A stretch of 64,000 nt of DNA from the human T2T-CHM13v2.0 reference genome, Homo sapiens (GCF_009914755.1 NC_060942.1); one strand, 5' to 3'; shown: positions 14,550 through 27,319, numbered from the stretch's first letter. Notes: generated by a model not told the origin, from the sequence alone. A program made the numbers and translations.

Positions 14550-15259
14550 AAATAAAGTTCAGAATCTTTGTCTTGACATTTAAGGTCATCCAAAATTTGG
14601 CCTTATCTAGTCTTTCCATTTTATCTCTCATTTATTTCTTCCATAAACCTTCTGTTAGAGCCAGGCTAAAATACTCATTTTCTTCTAAACATGCAAAGCC
14701 CTTTCTTTACCTTTGTTCATTAGGTTAATGCTTCCTGGAATGTTCTTCTTCTTCACTTCTAGTCATCTACCTCTTTCTATTCTTTACGGTATGGCTTAGG
14801 AAAAAAAAAAAAAGAAAAAGAAAAAGAAAAGAAGAGCATCTTAACTACTCCATGAAAGCTTATTTATTACTTCATTTAATAAAAAGAAAAACCAAAATGT
14901 CCTTTATTTAAGCAATATTTTTGTGAATATGTGTAAAATATTTTGAAAATAATTTGAAAGTGCTTTATAATTCAAAGGTGTTTCTAAAATTATTGATAGT
15001 GTAGCCATTTTTAAAATAAAATAAGTTGTATTTTAATACTGAAAAAATAAAAAAAAATAGCACCTTAGGATGAAGACAATCCTATAAATCACATCCATTT
15101 TACATGAAGAAAAAGCAAACTCATTTTTCTTGTTATTATTATTTTATCATAAATGCACAAAGATTTAATTATCACCTGTCCCTTGGACCATTCTTGGATA
15201 ATGTTGAAAAATCAATTTTAAAGAAGATTGATAAACTGAGAAATATTCATCCAGGTCAA

Positions 15260-15265
15260 ACACAC

Positions 15266-15315
<50 letters not shown>
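15260..15315. repeat. (CA)n microsatellite
   Basis: About 28 CA units with two TA interruptions. Confidence 0.97.
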
Positions 15316-15317
<2 letters not shown>

Positions 15318-15661
15318 CAGGAAATATTCCTCCCCTAACAGAGGTCTCCTTTTTGGGTTCTGAATCATTGAGAATACTCAGTGTTTCTCTTCCTTAAAAT
15401 GTCCTGGAGGAACTCTGCCAAAGGCTTCTTTTTTTGTAGAGGTCTCACTAACAAATGACTTCCTTTTTGTTTATATCTACAAATGGGATAAAACAAGGAT
15501 CCCTCTCATTCTATGTTTTCATCCCATGACCAGGAACCGGAAACACCAAGGGCACTCTAGATTGAAATGCATGTCTACTTTGCTCTACCCAGGGACACTA
15601 GTGTCAGGGCACATCAGGGCCATTTAGCCCTGAGTTCCAGCTACTCTTATTAAAGTCCCTG

Positions 15662-16319
15662 TGCGGCAGGCCAGGTCTCACTAATGCAGACCTCCATAAC
15701 AACTGTTTCAGTACTGATTGAATGGTTAAGTAGTAAAAGCTAAAAAAAAAAGCCAGTGCCTTTATACGAACGCTGGAATACAACAAAAGCCCACCAAGAG
15801 TTTTCCCTAGGCCTTTCCTAAGCCTTAAAGCATGACAAAATAATGAAAAAATTTTTATCAACACCCATTTAGGATTAAACAAGTTTATTGGGGGTCTGAA
15901 GAAATGCCCCAGGTCTCCACAAACAAGTTTATTCGGGGTCAGAAGGAACTCCCCAGACCTCCATGACTTAGTAGGAGACAAGTTAAGGGTAATCACCCCA
16001 ACACCTGGACCCATTTAGATTAAGTAAATTTACTGAGGCTACAGAGGAAGATCTTCATGACTCAGACCTTAGTTATAGATTAAAAGAAGTTAATCACTTA
16101 TGTCTTTAGATGAATGCACAGTTACACATAGACATATAGCTTAGAAGGTATACAAGCTCTGGAAAACTTTGTAATTTTCAGTTTGTCTGGCGATAATTTC
16201 CATGCCTTCTCCCTGTAACCCGTTGTAGAAATAAAAACTCTCTTCCTCCCCAGTTCACCTGCATCTTGTTATTGGGCCACAAGAAATAGCACCCCAACCT
16301 TCAGTTTGGTCCAGGAATG
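15662..16319 (+). mobile_element. ERV1-class solo LTR, probably PABL family
   Basis: Starts TGCGGCAGGCCAGGTCTCACTAA, 658 bp, AATAAA near 16229, exact 4-bp TSD CCTG at 15658-15661 and 16320-16323. Family name is from recalled consensus. Confidence 0.8.
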
Positions 16320-17606
16320 CCTGGGATGCAGGGTCAGGGTCTTAATATGTTGTACTTCTTTGTCTTTGTGAAAACTGAAGTTCAAAAGCAATTCCTTCTG
16401 TTCTACTATCTACTTGAAGTACTTCTTGTTTTTAAACCTGCAAACACCCTCCTTTATAACACTCAATGGTTTGTATTAACTCTCATTTCTTGTCTTTGTT
16501 TTGTCTTGTTGTTTTGGGACTTTGACACATCTGTAGTTACTACTTCAGCAGAAGAGTTAGATTGATTCCTGAGTTTTTACATCTTACAAACTCTTATGTT
16601 AGTTCTTAATAATTCCTGAGTCAAGATTTAATTGAGAGAATAATCATTGACTGGTCATTTGAAAGGAAAATCATAGGTAAAAAGAAATATATATATATAT
16701 ATGCCATTTCCATATAGTTTTTAATGAGATAGAATTTTAGAGAAAAAATCTGGATGATTGGGGCAACTACTTTCTTTTTCATCTTGATCATAATATTGAG
16801 CCTTTTGGCACTTAAGAATAAAATTTCAGGTCGAGTAAACTTGCACTAAATAACATTATTCACATAAATTTTATATCCCTAATTTAGAATTTTAAGTCAT
16901 TTGAGAGAAGAACATATCAATGGAGTGGAATTTGGTTACCATTGCAGAGGTGTCCTTTAAAAATATGTTGTTTGCCCTCTCTTGGATAATTAGTTACCTA
17001 ACATGTTTTTAAGGGAAGCTTAAAAAACTGAAAAGTTCCAGAACTTTTCCATGTAGTTAATATGATCTAGTTCCTTAACTAGATCAATATACTGGCACAT
17101 TTTACTGATAAAGCTAAATCTCTGAGCATAGTAAGAATCATGTCACCAGAGCCAATGAGGCTGGCAAGTTTACAATGGAAGAGAGGGAATAAAGATGTAT
17201 AAAGCTGACACATGACCCTAAAACGATTATGACGCATTACCTGTAGTCCTCTTCTTAGGATCCCCATACCCACAGACATACTTCTTGTGAAAAATAAGAA
17301 AAAAAAATCCATGTATTTTACTTTTATTAATTGGCTAAGTTCTGGTACTGATCTCGATGTTCACTTTAACGTGAAGTATAAGAACAAATATGGTTGAACA
17401 ACGTAGAGACAAAAAGGCTGAGGCCATTGTGCTATTTGCTCGGGGCCAAAGGCTTTGAGTTGTTCTAAGCACCTTTGTCCCCCTGTATAGGAGTGAAGCT
17501 GTTACCCAAAGTGGTTTACTTGGAGGTAAATAAAATGAATTTTTAGTGTTGTCTGGATTAATCTACTTTCAAACTCCACCTTATGTAATTGACCCAAATT
17601 ACCAAT

Positions 17607-17984
17607 TGATATGGTTTGGCTGTGTCCTCACCCAAATCACATCTTGAATTGTAGTTCTTATAATCTCCACATGCCATGGGAGGCACCTAGTGGGAGGTAA
17701 CTGAATCATGGCGGCAGTTACCCCCATGCTGCTGTTCTCGTGATAGTGAGTGAGTTCTCATGAGATCTGATGATTTTATAAGATGCTTTTCCCACTTTTG
17801 CTTGGCACTTCCTCTTCCTGCCACCATAAGAAGAAGGAAGTGCTTGCTTCCTCTTCTGCCATGATTGTAAGTTTCCTAAGGCCTCCCCAGCCCTGCAGAA
17901 CTATGAGTCCGTTAAACTTCTTTCCTTTATAAATTACCCAGTCTCAGGCAGTCTTTTATAGTAGCATGAGAATGGACTAGTACA
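17607..17984 (+). mobile_element. THE1 (B-like) MaLR solo LTR
   Basis: TGATATGGTTTGGCTGTGTCC...CCATGATTGTAAGTTTCCT...GAATGGACTAGTACA, 378 bp. Confidence 0.92.
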
Positions 17985-18139
17985 ATCATCTTTAAAGTTT
18001 CAAATTAGATGATGGCCCTCCAGTGCCTCAAAACTTTCTCAGTGAATTAAAATAAAATCCAAACTACTTTCTCTGGCTTTTTGCTTATTCCTCTGACCTT
18101 ACATCGTATAGCACTGCCACTCAGCAGGAGTAGTATCCT

Positions 18140-18260
18140 CTGGGATCAGCATCACTCCAGGTCTATTGAGTCAAAATTTCTGAGAGGAAAACCGGGAACT
18201 GACATTTTAACAAGCCCCCCAGGTAATTTTATATATGCATGACGGGGGAGACCATTGTCC
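18140..18260. mobile_element. MER5-like hAT fragment
   Basis: GACATTTTAACAAGCCCCCCAGGTAATTTT resembles the MER5A interior. Confidence 0.5.
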
Positions 18261-18347
18261 CACAGCCCTTGTTCCATTATAGGATTTGCTCCAGACCTAC
18301 AGGATTTATTTCCACTCTTTAACTATTCAATCTATTCTATTGTCAGG

Positions 18348-18760
18348 TGATACGGTTTGGCTCTGTGTCACCACCCAAATCTCATCTTGAATTTTAATCC
18401 CTATAATCCCCAGGTGTCGTGGGTGGGGGGACCAGATGGGAGGTGATTGGATCATGGGGGCATTTTCTGCCATGCTGCTCTTGGGATAGTGAGTAAATTC
18501 TCATGAGATCTGATGGTTTTATAAATAGTAGTATTTCCTGTTCTCCCTCTCTCATAAATGGTAGTATTTCCTGTTCTCTCTCTCTCTCTCTCTCTCTCCT
18601 GCTGCCATGTAAGGCATGCCTGCTTCCCCTTCCACCATGATTGTAAGTTTTCTGAGGCCTCCCCAGCCATGCAAAACTGTGAGTCAATTAAACCACTTAA
18701 CTTTAGAAATTACCCAGTCTTGGGCAGTTCTTTATACCAATGTGAAAACGGAATAATGTA
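18348..18760 (+). mobile_element. THE1 (C/D-like) MaLR solo LTR
   Basis: TGATACGGTTTGGCTCTGTGTC...AAACGGAATAATGTA, near-TSD TCAGG/TCAGA, internal 33-bp duplication and (CT)n. Confidence 0.92.
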
Positions 18761-20129
18761 TCAGAGCTTTCAACTCTCTGCATAGAATGTGTCTGTCCCT
18801 GATCTTTGCATGAATTTCTACTTGTCTCAGGTTCCTGCTAAATACTATCTCTTATAAGATGTTCTCCAGACCACAATTTCAAACACTGCCCTCCTCATCC
18901 CTTTATTTCACACTGATGTCTCTTGTTTTCTTAATAGCACTCATCACTATTTAACCTTATTTTTTCTGTTTATCTGTGTAGCATGGCATTACACTAGAAT
19001 TGAGGTTCTAACACAGTAAATGCCACATTCTAAAGTGTGGCGTGAACCTATCTACAGGACTTGCAAAGGAGATTATAGTAAACAGTTTGCACCCTTATGG
19101 AGCCATTCTATTTCAGTCTGTAAGATAAGATTCAGTGGCCTAGAAAAGGACTATGCTACAGAAAGTCTGGGTGTGGAAGATATTACCTCCCTCAGAATAA
19201 GGTAGGGATAGACATACTTTTCCTGAATATCTCAAATTAAAAACCAAAAACTCCACAGAAACCTGTTTGAGAGTTAAGATGTGTTCCTTACACACACTGT
19301 CAGCCCACTGGATTTGTGTGTGAGAGAATCTCGGCATGAGAAAAGGGGCTGGATACCTGTTCTGAGAGTAAAGTGAAGGAAGAAATATATCTGGATGCCT
19401 TGGGTAATCTGTAATTCTGGACTTTGAAAACAAAAAGGATGAATAAAAAGCACACCCCTTGGGACATATGATGTCCCCTTAAATCAACTCAGATGTTCTA
19501 GCGGCTGCTAAAAGAACTAAGTAGAAAAGAGAAGACGGTTTCTGTGTGAGGTCAAGGGCTAAGGAAGGTGCTTTGAGCAATCAGCTTCAGGAGAGTGAAC
19601 CAGCCACGTCAAGGGGACCACAGGTCTCCTTAGGGCCCACTTGAGCTACAGTCAGTTTCCCCAACCTGCCTGGCCCAGAGAAATTGCAGCCATCTCACAT
19701 TTTAGTCTGATGAGGTCTGCAATCACCTTTAGGCTCCTCCCTTCCAAACTCTGACCCTGGAAGGATCAGCATAAGTCAAAGTCAACAAGAGGGAAGAGGA
19801 GGAAGCCATCCACAAGCCAGGGTCCTGCAGACACCAGCCAGGCATCTCTCCTCCTAATGTGAAACACTGGCCTGCAGCCTGCTAAGTTAGAAAAGAGGAG
19901 AGACCATAACTTTAGAGAAAATATAAGGTTTTGATTCTTACTGTATCTCTACTTATTAATTATCTACAAGAGAATATTTATTACATGAAATCACCCCCAA
20001 ATCATGGGAATTTACCTACATTCCATTCAGGGAGAGGAGAATAAATTTGAAGACACATGGGGAGACTTCAAAAGGACTTGGTTGTTAAAATTTGTGAGTA
20101 GGAGTTGCTCAACATACAGAATGCAATTT

Positions 20130-20290
20130 TTTTTTCTGCTCAGCTGTAAGACCAAGCAACAGGGACTCCAGCTGTAATTGTTTATAAGGTATTCCTAGCA
20201 AATAATTAAGTCTGGTATCAAGTATAAACTTAATGAATGTCAGTGAATGAATGAATACATGAACAAATGCATGAGCGAAGAAATGAATAC
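20130..20290 (+). mobile_element. L2 3' end
   Basis: Ends in the (TGAA)n-type L2 tail GTGAATGAATGAATACATGAA. Confidence 0.55.
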
Positions 20291-20294
20291 AATT

Positions 20295-20480
20295 GGTAGA
20301 CTGGAGTTTAAATTTTCACTCTGTCATCTATGTTATGTAAATGGAAACCTGGGTTACTTTATTATTAAAAATGAAATAAAAACACCTACCTCTGAGGTGA
20401 TTATATTAATAGAAATGAAATAAAATAAAATAATGTGTATAAAATTCTTAATGTAATACCTGAAACATAATTATTATAAT
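20295..20480 (+). mobile_element. MIR
   Basis: AGACTGGAGTTTAAAT...CACCTACCTCTGAGG...TAATGTGTATAAA. Confidence 0.6.
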
Positions 20481-20897
20481 GATTATAACAATTTACTTTA
20501 GGAAACAAGACATATGCATTTGTATTATTACATTCAAATGCATTTGTTTTATTACATTCAAACAGAAAAAAATAAAAATTTTTTGTGAATAAAAGTTGAT
20601 GCAACATTCCATTTCTGAACCCATAAAAGTAGATAGGATTTTCAGAGTTGGAGCAGAGAGGAGAGGTGATTAAAGGTCTTGGGGTTAATCCTAAGGAAGG
20701 AGAAAGGTGGACTATGCCAGGTAACTAGAAACTGCTGGAAAATATTGTCAGTCTTCACAATTTTATCATCACACACTTGAGTTAAATTCATCAGCCTCCT
20801 GAATGATTTTGACATCAGTCTCTACCATTTTATTCTCATCAAAATACTGCTTTTATAATGACACTCAACAAAAACAACAAAATTTAACAAGCAAAAC

Positions 20898-20985
20898 AAG
20901 ACTTCACCACTATGCAACATGTCTATGTAATAAAAATGCACTTGTAGTTTTCTCTAAGTGAATACATCTATAATAAAAATAAAGA
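20898..20985 (+). mobile_element. L1M(A) 3' terminal fragment
   Basis: AGACTTCACCACTATGCAA...TGTAATAAAAATGCACTTGTA followed by an A-rich end. Confidence 0.6.
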
Positions 20986-21019
20986 TTCATCATTAAAATG
21001 CCCATCAAAAACACCCTGC

Positions 21020-21545
21020 AGAGGCCTTAAATCCTTATACTGGCGTTCTAGAATTATCACATGACTGGATCTCTCCTCCAGCTTTAAGTCTTACTATTCT
21101 TCACCAAGAATCTTCTTCAAGCCATACTCATCTCTTTTCTGTCCCTTGAATATATAACAAACATTGATCACTTGAAGCACCTATTCATTTTGCAGTCTCT
21201 GCAGGGAAAGTTCTTCTCTCTGCTCTCATCTTATTCTGATGCCTCCTTCTTTGGAAGCTCAGCTCAAGTTGTTCCTCCTGGATTCACTCTCTCCTTTGTC
21301 TGAAAAGCCATTCCTCTAATTGGTTATAAAGCTTTTTGTCCATTTATCACAAGCCTTGGGAAACCTTTCTCATTGTGCTGTCATATAATTATTTCATTCC
21401 TGTAGTTCAGTTATATATGGATTATTATTAATTTTTACATATTTCTTTCATCACTATTAAATAAAAGAATATAAATGCTTTGATGATAGACATTCTTTCA
21501 TTTTGGTATATTCTGCCCAGTAATACAGTATTTTACACGTGTTTC
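21020..21545 (+). mobile_element. Degraded L2
   Basis: Pyrimidine-rich L2 3' region pattern (CAAGCCATACTC..., GCTCAGCTCAAGTTG...). Confidence 0.5.
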
Positions 21546-23129
21546 ATAGAATTCTGCTGTGATGTGGATGTTGCACATCCTGAGGGCTTACAGCAGTGCC
21601 ACTGTTAAAGTTGTCGCAATGCCTTATCAAAAAGACAGATACAACCCTCCCCTTGAAACTGCAGATCACTGTAAGGAAAACTAAGGGAAATGAATGCTCC
21701 ATAATAACCCCAGCCACAGGCAGCTGAATCACGTTAACATATTAAGACTTATTATGCCCAACCAATATTGAGAATATCTATTTCTGGCTAATTGAAAAGA
21801 ATTCCAGTACCATTTGCAATTTTCTTTATAATTCATCCAGCTCACTGGTATGGGAAAAAAAGGTAGGTGGAGGGGGAAAAAAGTTTTGTATTAGTTACAT
21901 ATCCCAAAATAGGCTCTTAAATAGACAAGAGTGGGTAAGGAGTGGCTCAGGTCATTTGTATTATTCAAAATGAATTATTTAAATATCTCTGATGGAACCA
22001 GTTGAAATAAATTTGGAAATAAAGTATAATATTACCACAGAGTCATATTGTTGGTGACAAGAAAGCTAAAAAAAAATGGGAAAAAAATAACTGGCTGGTA
22101 ATATTTTAAAGGGTAACCAATGCTCACTATCAGCTGCGGTAAGACATTAAGTAATAGAGCAAAGTAATGTTAACTGCTCTCCTGGTAAGATCAGTAAATG
22201 AAATAAACCCCAGCATCCGGGTATCATTAATCTATAGTGAATAATGGCGGTGGTAGTGTAAGGAGATTAAAAAGGGCATTGTAAACATTTGTGGCTGTAT
22301 AATATACAAATTAAAAATGTGAGAACGCTTGCAGCTGCATAATCTACAAATTAAAAAGTGTAATAGCATGGCATTAATTACTGGCTGATCAATTCCCCCA
22401 TAATTGCTAGCATGTAGATGAACGATTATAGGTCCAAAATGTTATTTGAGAAAGAGACATTGACCTTGGAACTGCAAGAAATGATACTCTGTTGTAAGGT
22501 AATACAGGATCCTATCAAATGTGGTTCTAGTATTTGTAGCAGCCGCCAGCTCAGTGCAGGGCTGTAATCACCACACTATTTCTTTAGATTATGGTGCCAG
22601 AGGGGTTACACATTGTTTTCTCTTTTTGAACAGAAACACCCAGTGACCTTCAGCCTTCTGAAAATGGTACCATCAGGCCTCATTTCCAAGTTCAAACAGT
22701 TTTAATAAAAATGAAATAGCAGGAGATAATGTACTTTACTCTTCTAGTCCAACAGAGCAGTTTGGAAAGTTGGAAAGACAAACTTGGTTCAAATGTGAAC
22801 ATTCCAACTGGGACTGTGGTTGTAGATCTCAATATTTCCAGATCAACCATTTTCAGGTTGACAACTGATAGTTAAGTAACCAGAGACTCAGACATTTGAT
22901 TGATACTGAAGTCAGGACATTTACCTTTATTCTCTAGCCCTCCTTAATAGCAGAGGATAGGGCAGAGCTATGTTCTGGTGGACTATTTCCTATTATGGTC
23001 ACCATAAGATAAGAAAGCTGAGATCTATCATAGCCCTTGCTACATTTGTGTGGCCTAGGCCCAGGTTAGCTATGTTAGTGCCATTTTTGACCCTGAATTA
23101 TAACTTCATACTTAGGAATTGCCAACATT

Positions 23130-24460
23130 CTCAGTCCCCCTCATTTATTTACTGAATGTCACAATCTGGATTATGCTTGCTGCCCATCTATTGAAACTGT
23201 CTTCATAGAGGTCACAATAACTGCCAATCTAATGGACGTGTTTTACCCTGACCTTCGTTGTAGAATTGAAATCTGCTGACCACTTTCTTCACCTAGAGAC
23301 TCTTTCCTTGCTTAATCTTTGCCAATTTTCATGGCTGCCTCAATTTTCTTTACATTGTCCACTTTCATGATACTAACAGTATCAGCCTTATTCTTCTTTC
23401 TTTCCTTCACTTTATTCCTTCCCGGTGGAGTTTCAATTATTTCTAGTGTATCTCAGAGCTAAATCTATGGTCGTGACCTCTTCTCAAGGCCTGCGAACCT
23501 ATAGCCAAAACCCTGCTGAGCATCAGCCAATGCAGGGCTTAGCGTGGCAGATCCTGCATGTGCACCCTCTCGGGACTTTCAGAATCAAAATCCCCCCTCC
23601 TCCTCTTCCCCTGACTGACTGACAGTCAGCGCGCCCACTTCATTTCTTAAGCTCCCAAACCCCTGATGCAAAGTCAAGCACTGTGGCTTATTTATATTTT
23701 CCTCTAGGGTTTTTTTTTTCCTCAAATCTTTGCATCTCATTCCACTGTTACTCTCTTCTTTGCCTTTTACTGGGATTCTTGTCATAGCTTTATTATTTTT
23801 CCTCAAATCTTTGCATCTCATTCCACTGTTACTCTCTTCTTTGCCTTTTACTGGGATTCTTGTCATAGCTTTATTATTTTTCCTCCTCCACTTTAAGCAC
23901 TCGTTCCAACACTCATTTTTCAACTTCTCTGTAGGACCTTCTACAGTCATCACTAGCCAGCTTGTAACTTTTCAACTGCTTTGTATTTTTACGGAGTAAA
24001 GCTAAGACTTTCATCATGATCCACAAATCCTTTACTAATCTGGCCTCTGCTTAATTCACCAAGCACATATGCTACTGTTTTCTGATCTTGAATGTTTGCT
24101 CCAACAATAATTAAAAACAGCAATGAATGCTATAAATGAGGTCAGCTTTATCAACCCTCCAGGCTTTTCCACATACTATTCCCCCTGCTTGAATTACCAT
24201 TCACTTTTTTGTCTCTGGGAAATGTCTCATCATCATATTGTAAGGATCAATTTACTTGTCATTTCCCCTTGGATTCCTTCCTTGTCACCCCAGACAGAGC
24301 TATCTCTTCCTCATTTCCTTATCCCTGCACATGCTTTCATTACCACATTTTCCAAAATGTGTTGTTTGCCTAAATGGCAGCTCACTGTCTCCTGTGAGAG
24401 ACAAGTGTCTTTGTGGTTCCTATCAGAAACCTGATATCTAGTGGGTACTCAGCATCTTAT
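23130..24460 (+). mobile_element. Degraded L2 segments
   Basis: TTGAAACTGTCTTCATAGAGGTCACAATAAC..CCAATCTAATGGAC and TGCTGACCACTTTCTTC resemble L2 ORF2-end sequence. Limits approximate. Confidence 0.55.
23715..23885. repeat. Perfect 81-bp tandem duplication
   Basis: Units 23720-23800 and 23801-23881 are identical; TTTTTCCTC recurs at all three junction positions. Confidence 0.97.
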
Positions 24461-24679
24461 ATTTTAGGTATTGTATCAAAGTTGGTAAAGACGAAAGTGT
24501 TTAAAAATTGGAAGTGAAAAGGTGGATAAAGCACTGCTCTGTTGACATGACTTTGCTTATGTTAAAGTAGTTATCCATGTTGATAGCAACAATCATAGTA
24601 AGAGCAAATGATGACACTAGTGATAGTATAGCTAGCTAACTGATATAACTAAGGTTACTGGTAAGAGTAACACACATTA

Positions 24680-24870
24680 TAATCAATTCCTATGCTTCAG
24701 ATATGTGGTTTTCTGTGCATGAATTCTCTCATCTAATCTTCACAACAGATAAGGTAACGGAAACTGAGTCAGAAAAAAACCCTGTTCAGAGTCACATAGC
24801 TAGAATGTGGTGGAGCTGGAATTTAATCCATGGCTACCTGATTCTAGAATCAATTTTATTAACTATTAGT
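24680..24870 (-). mobile_element. MIR
   Basis: TCTCATCTAATCTTCACAAC...GGAAACTGAGTCAGA...GTCACATAGCTAG...GGAGCTGGAATTTAATCC. Confidence 0.75.
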
Positions 24871-26511
24871 TATTCCATGTCCCTCATCCTCCTTTACAGT
24901 ACTGGTTAAATTATATTTTCATTGAGCAGCTCATTTTTTATTAGAAATACAGAATAACGTCTTATTTTTGATTTGTTGAGGCACATAACATTTATTCTTA
25001 TGTAGACATATTGTTGGCCTGCAGATTTTCTTTAAAAAATTTCCTAAGTACTTCGAAAAGACTGCTCAATGAAGCTTTCATTTGAAGCATTTTAAACAAT
25101 CACATATCATACATACATACCAAACAAATTTTCAAATAATGCCAGCTCCTTCTTCCAAAGTAATATTCATCAATTTCCCCACTTGACTGTTCTGTCTATT
25201 CAATACAATTATGGAGATTTGAAATACACAATAGATATTGATTCAGTCTCTCACATAAAGTTCATTTGAAAATAAGAACTTGGGAGGGCATTTTGAGTAA
25301 AATCATTTACATAAAAAATAAAATCCTGGAATAAAGCTTGGATTTCATCTTAAAAGAAGATTAAAAAAAAAAAACATAAAATTAAAGAAGCAACTATTTT
25401 ATACAGGAAATTTTAATAGAATCTCCCCTTTATGCTAATCAAAATAATTAGTGTTTCTATTATTCCTTTGGAATCTCACTATAAGGCTCTTCACTAAAGA
25501 AAGGAATTCAATGCTTTAAAAATGATTAGCATTTATATTATTACAGGAGCAATACACTAGAACATTATTTCCTACAAATTTAGAATTCATGTTATGAAGG
25601 CTAGCATTTCTTTCACTTACTGGAATTTTGTGCAAACTTTCCATGGAAAGGAATTTACTATAAAGCTTATAAAACTGGATCTACAGAAAAAGAAAAATAA
25701 AATATAAAACAGGAAAACAAATATGAAAGAAAGTGCTTTCTATGTATCAAAATGAACTAGTCCTCAGCTGGTCCTCCCCATATAGTAGGCATGGCATTAG
25801 AGCATCTCTCTGTAAGAACAGCCTCATGTTCTCACTTCCGCTCAAGAGAATCAGACTGTTAGCAAATCTAAAAGAGTAGGGGAAAGAATGTCAGACTTCC
25901 AGTTATTTATTGGCTTCTCTTTGGGAAATGCTTTGAAGAGAAAAAAAAAATTCTTATATTTAGAAAAAGCAATAGGTTTTTTTAAAAAAAATCACTAAGT
26001 AACCTGGTTATTAGTGCAAATGCATGATCTTGACAAAAAATGTTTTTGTGAATAAACTCACTCAGTTTGAGTGACACAGTATGGACACAACTTCCATCGA
26101 GCAAATGACTGTTGTATGCTTCCATAGCATCATTAATAATTTGTATTAAGCATTAGAAACACCAACCTTTCTATAAGGTTCCCCAGTAACTCTCTGTGTC
26201 TGTTTACACTATTTGGATGACTAGAGAAAGATTCAGCCTGTGCTTGTTCTCCTAACCCCTATCCAATTCAGATACAAACATGAGTTGTATAAACAATAAT
26301 GAATCATCTGTTTTAGGGTTTCACCCACTGGGTTCCTAGTCCGGTTCTCTACAACAGGGTAATAAGGAATGAGCCTTGGCTCTCTTTGTCAATGGGAGAT
26401 AATCTCACCTGTGAAATACCTGGAAAAGACAAGTTAGAGCTGCCTGTTCTAGGCTCATAATAACTTCATCACCCCCACCCCCAACCAAATTGTTATCTTT
26501 CACTCTTCTGC

Positions 26512-26640
26512 ATTTTTAAAGCTTTATTTTGAAATAATTTCCGAATGACAAAAGGCTGCAACAATAGTACAGAGAGCCCTCATGTACCCTTTACCTAAAC
26601 AGCTGTCCCCAATGACAACATTGTCCATAGTCATAGTATA
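26512..26640 (-). mobile_element. Old L1M (MB/MC-type) 3' fragment
   Basis: TTTATTTTGAAATAATTTC...AATAGTACAGAGAG...CATGTACCCTTTACC. Confidence 0.6.
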
Positions 26641-27319
26641 TAACTTCCGCCGTTTACAGGACACTGAATCCTTCTGTTTTTGACACCACAAGGAAAAAAC
26701 CTTCTAATTATTTCTTCACAGTAAATCCTTACTCAACCATTACCTTGGCAATCATTATGTGTCCCCTAGATATCTTTGTGGGGGTGGATCAGGGGAGGTT
26801 TTATTTTCACAATTCATGACTTGTAGAACCAAGGTTAATGTTTTTCTATGTATAAATGGCTTTAGGAAATGCATCATACAAGTACCTTGTGTTGTAGATT
26901 CATGATGCACAGCAACATACTAAGCATCCTAAGTTTATACGCAGAAAACAAACTTAGATGAAGTAATACAACCCAAGGTTTTTCAAAGACATTTGAATAG
27001 TGAACATTTTTAATATTGTATGACTGTATGTTGTATGCTAAAAAGGGGTAATTCTCAAGACATCAATTTGGAAGGACCTTCCCTATGTGATCTGCTTTCA
27101 AACAAATTGTTCTACTCACTGTATTTCACACGTGCTATAAGCATCACTGTCTCTCCCTTTTTGAATTATATTCTTTACTTGCCTGAGATGGCTTCCTTGT
27201 TTTTTTTGGAGAGTTTAAGCCCACCATAAGTGCCTTCATGAAACATCTGTGGATGTCTATAGAAGGGTAAGATAATAGAAAGAAAATAAATTTGCTTTCA
27301 AGTTGAAATGCTATTTTCC

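Noticed and set aside
15104-15397. His-Thr or Cys-Val repeat proteins
   Set aside because: Translations of the (CA)n microsatellite.
15604-16014. 136-aa minus-strand ORF
   Set aside because: Lies antisense in an LTR with no recognisable homology; chance ORF.
17607-18760. Two co-oriented THE1 LTRs 363 bp apart as a single internally deleted provirus
   Set aside because: The LTRs differ in subfamily-type sequence, the second has its own near-TSD (TCAGG/TCAGA), and the interval looks like L2/MER5 remnants rather than THE1 internal sequence. These are independent solo LTRs.
19000-20060. GC-richer stretch as an exon or promoter
   Set aside because: No ORF homology or CpG island. It interrupts L2-like sequence and may be an ancient LTR element that I cannot name.
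23585-23999. ORFs with repeated 27-aa units as repeat proteins
   Set aside because: Artefact of the 81-bp DNA duplication inside L2-derived sequence.
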